In this document: positions 47,501 to 54,892 of the stretch, in pieces
How positions within the stretch are numbered: position 1 is the stretch's first letter
How the letters are laid out: every line of letters begins with the position of its first letter
IMG/VR virus record: IMGVR_UViG_3300017917_000095
Coordinates: 20,898-84,897 of that record
Strand: one strand, 5' to 3'
Length of the DNA stretch: 64,000 bases
Origin: a virus
Program-made: the position numbers and the translations under genes
Notes under the pieces: model-generated
What the model saw: only the letters and a program-made list of their open reading frames with translations
What the model was told of the DNA's origin: nothing
Database searches by the model: none

Positions 47501-47631
47501 TCACAGCAGGAAACAACCTAGCACCTTTTGCTAACTGGGCTTATGCTGGCGGACTAAAGTTTATGGGCTATAGCCCATGCTCGGCAGCACAAGGTGGCAT
47601 CTATCACTTCCGAAAAATTAATCCAAACTGA
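44512..47631 (+). CDS. Fusion: UDP-glucose/GDP-mannose 6-dehydrogenase + GT10-like domain + class I SAM methyltransferase, 1039 aa
   Basis: GVGKLG Rossmann, PTP, STVLPGT, AESIKIFYN (catalytic Lys), GDAGACHPRD (catalytic Cys); middle FTCFNKLNREHR...VSET...TEKTYR...PF...GFKTF; C-terminal LDWCAGHG and DLVVANPPH. Confidence 0.8.
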   Translation: MKKVAMIGVGKLGQDCAEVMSDAGYDVVGYDVAPRSPAFPMRNSIEEAVKDRDMIFIAAPTPHDPIYGGETPTSHLPNKDFDYTIVTEILKEVNKYVTKSQLVVLISTVLPGTVRNILEPCITNARFIYNPYLIAMGTVKWDMVNPEMVIIGTEDGSLTGDASELIDFYKTFMQNNPRYEVGTWDEAESIKIFYNTFISTKLALVNMIQDVAETNGNINVDVVTNALKKSTYRIMGPAYMTAAFGDAGACHPRDNIALRYLTDRLDLGYDLFDAIMTAREVQAERMALRCLKNGRNVTIVGKAYKPCVPYTIGSASMLVGYYIEKHGGNLNYYDPNTGDLDLREDWTQVYLIGYWEEWVEKLEFKDPGCVVIDPWRKLTSKQHTGEIIHYGDTRPKKTYSVPESTIQTMRTQVYEMFPELRQYDSDIHLVDATINMDTTFVMRPTEAVVKELLEAKANGRSKFMFFAPTEAFMPHVVSKVQRIASILDGKIDESDIIVVTGVIDADEIYERLLKKNGWNKRLNLLNCHFFNYITTTYARGYEYIGGYDVRFRGKIFTCFNKLNREHRLVMLERMLQTGMIKNGYYSFEGEGNFKDTIPSLSDEKFPAIKHNQDMFPLRLNITPDRHNPVDIQPDDLHYYKDSYFSIVSETLFYDSNRVGQAHRPFVEDSLFLTEKTYRCFATLHPFILLARPHSLKELRKQGFKTFAPFINEAYDDIENDDQRFEAIFKEITRLNNFTGDDWTLFQEKIKPIVEYNKDFFHSNKDFAITKDYLKFFGQLQPRAYVEPVRIESVIEAVNEAPVIPTYMQTESTMGDELPTMEDISEKLDWRNRQLEYPNGITLNFPCHIDGGGDDYKDELIALIERTGQKTNYESALDWCAGHGPFGFELLANNIADHVTFQDCYVTAVDSCIKNGQENNIGDKVTGYTCDKISLIPESEKFDLVVANPPHSNTLENIERNQFFANTARMIVDDNFVMHKEFFANIHKYLTDDADVYITAGNNLAPFANWAYAGGLKFMGYSPCSAAQGGIYHFRKINPN

Positions 47632-47680
47632 TTGATAAGTCAGTAAGATAATAGTACAATAAACAACACAGGAGTAAATT

Positions 47681-49945
47681 TTGGATTTCACGTTAAGATC
47701 ATTGGCTGTTGATGAACTCAAGCCCAAGGAACGCCCTACAGAGGATATCGCAGATGCACGCCATCGTAGTATGATGGAAGCTATTGCGCCTTATGCTAAA
47801 ACAACAGTACAAAAGAACTTGACCCCTGTGTACGTTGACTACAAGACACGCAACACTAAGCTAGTATTGGTACTCTGCCCAGAGTGGAGTCCATATATGC
47901 CCCCATTCAGTTTAGCAAGACTCTCGGGTGTTGCTAAGAGTGCAGGATATGAGACAAACATCATGGACTTGAATGTGAAAGCATACAACAAGTTCAAGAA
48001 TGACTGGTGGCCCAAGCAACGCATACCATTCAGACTATGGGATCCTAGTAGCTCATGGCATTGGTTGGGTGATACGTACTTGAACGACATTCACCCGTTG
48101 TTAGGCCCTGAGATTCTAGGTCCAGCAGTAGATGAAATCATTGCTATGAACCCTGACGTTGTAGGCTTCAGTGTTTACTATATCAGTGAAGAACCTACTA
48201 AGTGGATGTGTCAAGAGATTAAGCGCCGTGCACCTCACATCAAGATTGCAGTCGGTGGCCCTAACGTACACAAGAGTTGGTTCGCAACACACCCATACTA
48301 TGACTATGTTGTTGTAGGTGAAGGTGAACAGAACTTGCTAGTTATGCTAGACGAGATTGAGGAGAAGAAAGAAGTAGAGTATCCTCGCTATCTTACTCAA
48401 CCCGAAGATCAGCGTATCAACATTAACGGCTTACCCATGCCTGACTATGAATCAATCGATTTCAGTCAGTATGAATTGCCCAATGGTGTGAACAGCGAGA
48501 TTAGTCGAGGCTGCACAGCTAAGTGTACATTCTGTGAAGAAACACACTTTTGGAAGTATCGTCAACGTCAAAGTGTTGACTTGATTACAGAGATTGAATG
48601 GTTGTACTACAACAAAGGTACAGACATTATTTGGTTCATTGATAGTCTTATCAATGGCAACCCCAAAGAACTACGTGCGTTTGCATTAGCTCTTAAAGAG
48701 AAAGACTTGAAGGTTAAGTGGACTGGTTATGCTCGTTGTGACGGTCGTATGGACTATGAGTATCTCAAAGACTTAGCAGACGGTGGCTGTATCATGTTCA
48801 ACTTTGGTGTTGAGTCCGGTAGTCAAAAAGTCCTAGACGATATGGCTAAGGGTGTTACTATCAAAGAGATGGAACAGAACTTTATCGACTGTAAGAAAGT
48901 TGGTATATGGGCTGCTACTAACTGGATTGTCGGCTTCCCCACAGAAGAATGGCAAGACTATGCAGACACGATGACGTTCTTGTGGCGTATGCGTAATAAC
49001 AACATCAACAACGCAGGTCTAGGTGTTGGTTATGGTATGGGCCCTGAGACTATTGTAGGTCAGAACCCGCACAAGTTTAATATCAGTTGGCACAAGTATC
49101 AAGGTCACTGGATACGTAATGACTTTACATTCGGTGGCACACACTTAATGATTCGTGTAAAGACATGGCACATGTTTGCTGACTTCTTGCGTGGCGTTAC
49201 AGAAGTACCGATCAGCTATCCTATTCGTACTGCATTAGAGAAAGATCACTATAGGATCAAACTCAATCACGATACTGTGGCAAAGGACGTTGAGTATGAG
49301 AAGTTTGATTATAATATCATTAAGCCCAATCTTAATCCTTTTGCTGATTCACTTGTTAACGAGATGTGGCCTTTTCTGAGGATGCTATGGAAGTGTCGCG
49401 GTGGTTACGAAGCTGAGATACATTTCAATCCTGAGATTGATTTGAAAGAGTTTGGTACACAGTTTGGTCCCGGTATGTTCAATGCTGTATACAAGTTTAA
49501 GATCAGCGATAGCGGTAAGTGGGAAGCAGACTTTGATATGAAGTTTGAGCAGATCGATAACCCATACGATGATCGTGAGCCTCCCCCGGCAGGACGCAAA
49601 GGTCCGTTCTATGCACAAGATTATTCACGCATGATGAGTAACACTGCATTACGTGCCCGTAAGTTAGCAAAGCCTACATGGGATACAACTGAAGGTCGTG
49701 ATGGTCAAGACTTTACTGACCTATTGAATGAAGAAGCAGAACTAAACAAGACAATTGATTTTAGTTTTGATTATCGTTACATTGGCTATGGTAACTGGGG
49801 TGACTATCAAGACTATGAAGTTGCAGTGTCTGATACTTCACGTGAAGTTATCCCTGAGAAGGAAGCAATGAGTGCGTTAGACTTTGCAAAGCAAGTACAG
49901 ACAATCAGTATTGATTCTATCAAACGTAAGAAAGATGTTGAATGA
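47681..49945 (+). CDS. B12-binding domain radical SAM protein, 754 aa (TTG start)
   Basis: AGGAG SD before TTG; DVVGFSVY...VGGP...VGEGE B12-binding segment; SRGCTAKCTFCEE; GVESGSQKVLDDMAKG; NWIVGFPTE. Confidence 0.85.
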   Translation: MDFTLRSLAVDELKPKERPTEDIADARHRSMMEAIAPYAKTTVQKNLTPVYVDYKTRNTKLVLVLCPEWSPYMPPFSLARLSGVAKSAGYETNIMDLNVKAYNKFKNDWWPKQRIPFRLWDPSSSWHWLGDTYLNDIHPLLGPEILGPAVDEIIAMNPDVVGFSVYYISEEPTKWMCQEIKRRAPHIKIAVGGPNVHKSWFATHPYYDYVVVGEGEQNLLVMLDEIEEKKEVEYPRYLTQPEDQRININGLPMPDYESIDFSQYELPNGVNSEISRGCTAKCTFCEETHFWKYRQRQSVDLITEIEWLYYNKGTDIIWFIDSLINGNPKELRAFALALKEKDLKVKWTGYARCDGRMDYEYLKDLADGGCIMFNFGVESGSQKVLDDMAKGVTIKEMEQNFIDCKKVGIWAATNWIVGFPTEEWQDYADTMTFLWRMRNNNINNAGLGVGYGMGPETIVGQNPHKFNISWHKYQGHWIRNDFTFGGTHLMIRVKTWHMFADFLRGVTEVPISYPIRTALEKDHYRIKLNHDTVAKDVEYEKFDYNIIKPNLNPFADSLVNEMWPFLRMLWKCRGGYEAEIHFNPEIDLKEFGTQFGPGMFNAVYKFKISDSGKWEADFDMKFEQIDNPYDDREPPPAGRKGPFYAQDYSRMMSNTALRARKLAKPTWDTTEGRDGQDFTDLLNEEAELNKTIDFSFDYRYIGYGNWGDYQDYEVAVSDTSREVIPEKEAMSALDFAKQVQTISIDSIKRKKDVE

Positions 49946-50544
49946 AAGAAGTCCGTGAATTTGAAGAACTGATTGCTGACTTCTATGGTGCTCCGTATGC
50001 TATCGCTACTGATTGTTGTACTCATGCACTTGAACTATGCCTACGCTTGAATCCTCCAGTCACTACTACAGCCCCGCACCATACATATCTCAGCGTGCCT
50101 ATGACATTAGAGAAGCTAGGACTAGATTGGAAATTCTACAATGCTCAGTGGAAAGACTATTACTATCTAGGCAACACAAACATCATTGACGCCGCAGTAT
50201 ACTGGAAGAAGAATGGTTACATACCCAACACGTTTATGTGTCTAAGCTTTCAGTATCGCAAGCATTTGAACGTGGGTCGCGGCGGCATGATTCTAACTGA
50301 TAACAAAGAGGCTGCACTCAAGCTAAAGAAAATGAGTTATGATGGTCGTGTGCCTGATGTACTCTGGGCTGAACAAGATGTAGATATGTTGGGTTACCAT
50401 TACTACATGACCCCAGAGGCAGCGCAACTAGGCATACAACGGTTCCATGAAATAAAAGACGCACAGCCTAAACGCTGGACATTTAATGATTATCCAGATA
50501 TCAGTAATATGAAAGTTTTTAATGAACAAGATTCAAGTAAGTAA
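49942..50544 (+). CDS. DegT/DnrJ/EryC1/StrS-family PLP aminotransferase, unusually short (200 aa)
   Basis: FEELIADFYGAPYAIATDCCTHALEL, IIDAA (PLP Asp), CLSFQYRKHL (Schiff-base Lys), GRGGMILTD, GYHYYMT. Confidence 0.75.
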   Translation: MKEVREFEELIADFYGAPYAIATDCCTHALELCLRLNPPVTTTAPHHTYLSVPMTLEKLGLDWKFYNAQWKDYYYLGNTNIIDAAVYWKKNGYIPNTFMCLSFQYRKHLNVGRGGMILTDNKEAALKLKKMSYDGRVPDVLWAEQDVDMLGYHYYMTPEAAQLGIQRFHEIKDAQPKRWTFNDYPDISNMKVFNEQDSSK

Positions 50545-51496
50545 GAACGAGTGGGATCCACTAAAGAAAGTAATTGTGGGTCTAGCAGACTTTGCACGTA
50601 TTCCTGATATGGACAAGAGTTTGCGTACTGTAAACTACAGCCATGTCAAAGATGATAGCGAACTACCCAAAGGTACATTGTACCCTGTACAAGTTATACA
50701 AGAAGCTAATGAAGACCTAGATAGACTATCAAGCGAACTAACTAAATTGGGCATTGAAGTCGTGCGCCCAATGAATCGCCCCACTGATTACTACAACTAT
50801 TGTCCACGTGACTTGGCAACAATTATTGACACGAAGGCAATTGTTGCTCCTATGAGTTTGCAATCTCGTAAGGATGATTACAAAAACATAGAGTCAGAAT
50901 TAAAGAACATCTATTATGTACCCAACGATCAGGGTGATAACAACTATAACTTAGGTAGCATTGGTAACAAAGACGTTCTAGCATTGAATGAGTTCTATCC
51001 AAAGTTTGATGCTGCTAACTTGATTCGTGCTAACGATGATATCTTATATCTTGTGAGCAATTCGGGTAATAAGAAAGGTGCATATTATTTGCAAGAGTTG
51101 CTAGGTAGTAAATACAAAGTACATATGCTTGAAGGTGTTTACAGCTACATGCATATTGATAGTACCGTAGCATTTTTGCGTGAGGGTTTGATGTTGTTGA
51201 ATCCTTCGAGGATTCCAGATAAGAGCATATTACCTGCACCCTTTAATACATGGGATGCAATCTATGCTCCTGAACCAGTTGACATTGGGTACATGGGTTA
51301 CAACAACGCAAGTCCTTGGGTAAGCATTAATCTACTGTCTATCAATCCTAACTTAGTTGTTATGGAAGAGCGTCAAGAAAACTTGGCAAGAGAATTAGAG
51401 AAGTATGGTATTGAGTCATTGATGTTGCCAATGCGCCATGCTAGAACATTGGGAGGTTGCTTCCATTGTGTTACGTTAGATTTGATAAGAGGTTGA
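50522..51496 (+). CDS. Amidinotransferase (glycine / inosamine-phosphate amidinotransferase family), 324 aa
   Basis: NEWDPLKKVIVG, YCPRD, FDAAN (Asp), HIDST (His), GGCFHCVTLD (Cys): full catalytic triad. Confidence 0.85.
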   Translation: MNKIQVSKNEWDPLKKVIVGLADFARIPDMDKSLRTVNYSHVKDDSELPKGTLYPVQVIQEANEDLDRLSSELTKLGIEVVRPMNRPTDYYNYCPRDLATIIDTKAIVAPMSLQSRKDDYKNIESELKNIYYVPNDQGDNNYNLGSIGNKDVLALNEFYPKFDAANLIRANDDILYLVSNSGNKKGAYYLQELLGSKYKVHMLEGVYSYMHIDSTVAFLREGLMLLNPSRIPDKSILPAPFNTWDAIYAPEPVDIGYMGYNNASPWVSINLLSINPNLVVMEERQENLARELEKYGIESLMLPMRHARTLGGCFHCVTLDLIRG

Positions 51497-51498
51497 GA

Positions 51499-53277
51499 AT
51501 GGCAGAAAAATGGATGCGTGGTCATGTTAGTAGATTCTGGGATCATGAAGATTACAAGAAGTTTGATTATGTAAAACAACCATTGATGGATTCAGAGATT
51601 GCTACATGGAAATCTCAAGGATACGATTACGTAAAAAGCTTTAGTGGTTCTATGTATGACAATAGAAACCCTATGCCAGAGTGGGTAAAGCGTTTTGATA
51701 AAATCTTCAACCTAAAGAACATGACCTATAATTTCTACAAGATGCAACAGTTAGAAATTATGCCAGAGCACGTAGATCACTTCCAGACATACATGAAGAT
51801 GTTTGATGCGAAGTATCAAAACGTCACTAGGATTCTAGTGATGTTGGAAGACTGGAAGCCCGGTCACTACTTAGAAATTGATGGAGTCGGTGTAGTTAAT
51901 TGGGTAGCAGGTGATTACTTCATGTGGGAAAGTGATGTTCCCCATGCTGCTGCCAACATCGGTACGGAAGATCGCTACACTTTGCAGATCACCGGTACTG
52001 TATTCAAGACAGAAGATGTATACAAGTACATACACTGGTACAACATTCCAGGGCTAGAGACAAAGAAAGAATCGTTGTTCTCACCTGAAATGGATTTCAT
52101 GTATAAGCACATGAGAAAAGAAACTCCATACTACATCTACATGTACAACAGAGAGATTGCAGAGTTAGAAACGATGAAGCATGATCCTGAAGTAGTGGAT
52201 CACTTGAACAAAACAGGTGTGGATATCTATCTGAACGAACCACTATGTTCATATCGTTTGGGTGATAAGCATGGCCCTGATGGTGGTGTTCACTCGTTGA
52301 TTTTTTACAGTGAATTCACCGATGACCAAGTTCAAGATACTCGTTTACTGAGGTCGGTCGAACTGGATAGCATAGAAAAATATGTAACAAATAACAATCT
52401 TACTAATGTCACGGTAAGAACGTGTGACTACAACATTGAGCGTTTCTATACACACTATCTTCCAAAGATGAAATTAGTAACCGACGACCTTTTCTTGAAG
52501 TATTTTGACCTCAATGAATTCGAGCCTCTCACAGAAGAGGAAGAAGACCTCAGTCATTTTACACGCAGATTTGTGTGCATGAATTGGAGATATGCACCGC
52601 ACCGTTTGATAACTGCTGCATATCTAGCCAATAAGATAGACACAGTTAACCTCACATGGTATTTCAAGTCTGATATGGGAACAGTTAGCAAAGAGCCATG
52701 GTACAGCTTCCATGAATGGATTAAGAAAAATCCATCAGCATTCTCTAAGATGATAACAGGTATCAACAAATTGAACAGTGGTTCTCCTTGGAACTTAGAC
52801 CTAGCAGTCAAAGAAGCAACATTAATAGATCAATCTTATTATAAGCGTATGTTCCCTGCAGGGGTTATATTTGACCAAAAAACTACTAAGTTTGGTGACA
52901 ATAAAGATAGACTGAAATATCTCTATCATGATTCCTTCTGTGATGTTGTTACTGAATCGCGTTTTGCACAACCAACTGCAAACTACAGCGAGAAAGTGTA
53001 TCGTCCGATGTATTACAAGAAGCCATTCATTATGGTTGGGCCCCCTCATACACTTGAACACATGAGAGAGCAAGGATTTATGACCTTCAATGACTTCTGG
53101 GATGAATCATATGATTATATCGAAGACCATGAAGAAAGAATGTTTGCAATCTTTAAAGTCATTGATAAGATCAACTCTATGCCTATTCCAGAGTTACAGA
53201 AGATGTACGCTCAGATGAAACACATCGTGGATCATAACAGAAGAACATTGTTAAAAAAATGCCCTAGCAGGTACTAA
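51499..53277 (+). CDS. Fusion: 2OG-Fe(II) oxygenase/cupin-like domain + GT10-like domain
   Basis: PEHVD...PHAAANIG..DRYTLQIT (HxD...H...R); C-terminal FVCMNWRYAPHR, VVTES...SEKVYRP...KPF...GFMTFNDFWDESYD; start ATG 51499 preferred. Confidence 0.65.
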   Translation: MAEKWMRGHVSRFWDHEDYKKFDYVKQPLMDSEIATWKSQGYDYVKSFSGSMYDNRNPMPEWVKRFDKIFNLKNMTYNFYKMQQLEIMPEHVDHFQTYMKMFDAKYQNVTRILVMLEDWKPGHYLEIDGVGVVNWVAGDYFMWESDVPHAAANIGTEDRYTLQITGTVFKTEDVYKYIHWYNIPGLETKKESLFSPEMDFMYKHMRKETPYYIYMYNREIAELETMKHDPEVVDHLNKTGVDIYLNEPLCSYRLGDKHGPDGGVHSLIFYSEFTDDQVQDTRLLRSVELDSIEKYVTNNNLTNVTVRTCDYNIERFYTHYLPKMKLVTDDLFLKYFDLNEFEPLTEEEEDLSHFTRRFVCMNWRYAPHRLITAAYLANKIDTVNLTWYFKSDMGTVSKEPWYSFHEWIKKNPSAFSKMITGINKLNSGSPWNLDLAVKEATLIDQSYYKRMFPAGVIFDQKTTKFGDNKDRLKYLYHDSFCDVVTESRFAQPTANYSEKVYRPMYYKKPFIMVGPPHTLEHMREQGFMTFNDFWDESYDYIEDHEERMFAIFKVIDKINSMPIPELQKMYAQMKHIVDHNRRTLLKKCPSRY

Positions 53278-53279
53278 GT

Positions 53280-53287
53280 TATAAATA
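53280..53287 (+). promoter_or_regulatory. Perfect T4 late promoter consensus TATAAATA
   Basis: Exact match in the short intergenic gap preceding the carbamoyltransferase unit. Confidence 0.7.
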
Positions 53288-53309
53288 CTTAGGACTTAAA
53301 GGGCAAAAC

Positions 53310-53408
53310 ATGTTCATCATCAAATTTTTCAAGAACTTAATCAAAGAGTACAAGTACCGCAAACGCATCAAAGAACTACGTAAACGTGATCCATTCATCT
53401 ATAAGTGA
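53310..53408 (+). CDS. 32-aa basic peptide (not in the ORF track)
   Basis: MFIIKFFKNLIKEYKYRKRIKELRKRDPFIYK; fills the gap between the late promoter and the carbamoyltransferase. Confidence 0.6.
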   Translation: MFIIKFFKNLIKEYKYRKRIKELRKRDPFIYK

Positions 53409-53413
53409 GTCGA

Positions 53414-54892
53414 ATGAACTACGTAGGAATCAGCAACGGTTTCCACGACGCCGGCATCTCAGTCGTGGACTCAAACGGTGACATTCTATTTGCTGGGCAC
53501 AGCGAAAGATACAGCAAACACAAACATGATAAGGACTTGTGCTTAGGTATAGCACAAGATGCCGCATCGTACATTAAGGGTGAATCAGAGATTCACTACT
53601 ACGAACGCCCATGGATGACTGGTCTAAGACAACTCAGAGCAGGCCAGCCTATCAATTTTGCTACAGCTAAAATGCGTATCGGTAAGAATGTTCTAAAAGT
53701 ATTCGGCAATCCAAACGTTACTACACATGAGCATCACCTAAGCCATGTAGCCGCCGGATTTCAAACAAGCCCATACAACGATGCAACTGTGGTAATCATT
53801 GACGCTATCGGTGAGTTTGATTGCATCTCAGTTTGGGATGCATGGTACGATGACAAGGGTTATGCACAATACAAGAAGCTGTGGAGTAAGAAGTATCCGC
53901 ACAGTATTGGTTTGTACTACAGTGCAATGACACAACGAGTGGGACTAAAGCCATTAGATGAAGAATACATTTTAATGGGCATGGCTGCTTATGGCAAGCC
54001 TATACACTTCAATCAGATTGAAGGTCAATTGTTAGAGAATAGCACAACACTAGACTTCAAAGAGAATCTACACATCGGTGTACCTGAAGGCTTTTTAGAA
54101 GGCGCCGATGAAATGGATATTGCCGCTAGCGCACAGGCACTAGTAGAATATCTAATCAAAGCTGTAATGAGCAAAGCACGTATGTTGGGCAAGAGTCGCA
54201 ACCTTGTATATGGTGGTGGTGTTGCTTTGAACTGTCTTGCTAATCGTGAGTTGGGCAAGTACTTTAATGATATGTGGATTGTGCCTAATCCAGGTGATTG
54301 TGGTTCTAGCTTAGGTGCAGCCGCATTAGGATACGGTAAAAGATTGAACTGGAAGGATGCCTTCTTAGGGCATAACATCCCCGGTGATTATCCCAGTAAT
54401 CGTATCATTGACGAGCTAGTTAAGAATAAAATAGTAGGTGTGGCCTCAGGTCGTGCAGAGTTCGGTCCACGTGCGTTGGGCAATAGATCATTGCTTGCAG
54501 ACCCCAGAGGTGATACAATCAAGGATAAAGTAAATGAAATCAAACGCAGACAAAAATTCAGACCCTTTGCGCCCGTTATTTTGGAGGAGCTGGCTCATCA
54601 CTACTTTGATATGCCTAGCAATTGGGATAACAGTCGGTATATGCAAGTCATCGCTCGTTGCAGGTATCCTGAGTTATTTCCTGCTATCGTCCACGCTGAT
54701 GGCACTAGTCGTGTACAGACTGTTCCGAAAGATGGTAGTGGAATTAGAGAACTCCTCGAAAAGTGGTACGTCTTAACTGAATGCCCGATACTGTTAAACA
54801 CCTCTCTCAATATCAGAGGGGAGCCAATGGTCAATGATAGATTCGATGCTGATAGATTCGAAAACCTATACAATGTAAAAGTGATATCGTAA
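53414..54892 (+). CDS. Carbamoyltransferase (NodU/CmcH/TobZ family)
   Basis: GFHDAG, SERYS, HEHHLSH, IDAIGE, LMGMAAYG, GGVALNC, PGDCGSSLGAA, EFGPRALGNRS, KRRQKFRPFAP, HADGTSRVQTV, LLNTSLN; start ATG 53414 (GTG 53405 possible). Confidence 0.92.
   Translation: MNYVGISNGFHDAGISVVDSNGDILFAGHSERYSKHKHDKDLCLGIAQDAASYIKGESEIHYYERPWMTGLRQLRAGQPINFATAKMRIGKNVLKVFGNPNVTTHEHHLSHVAAGFQTSPYNDATVVIIDAIGEFDCISVWDAWYDDKGYAQYKKLWSKKYPHSIGLYYSAMTQRVGLKPLDEEYILMGMAAYGKPIHFNQIEGQLLENSTTLDFKENLHIGVPEGFLEGADEMDIAASAQALVEYLIKAVMSKARMLGKSRNLVYGGGVALNCLANRELGKYFNDMWIVPNPGDCGSSLGAAALGYGKRLNWKDAFLGHNIPGDYPSNRIIDELVKNKIVGVASGRAEFGPRALGNRSLLADPRGDTIKDKVNEIKRRQKFRPFAPVILEELAHHYFDMPSNWDNSRYMQVIARCRYPELFPAIVHADGTSRVQTVPKDGSGIRELLEKWYVLTECPILLNTSLNIRGEPMVNDRFDADRFENLYNVKVIS

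Noticed and set aside
47000-47631. DNA N6-adenine methyltransferase of a restriction-modification system
   Set aside because: Small NPPH domain with no evident target-recognition domain, fused to sugar enzymes; a small-molecule/glycan/protein N-methyltransferase fits better
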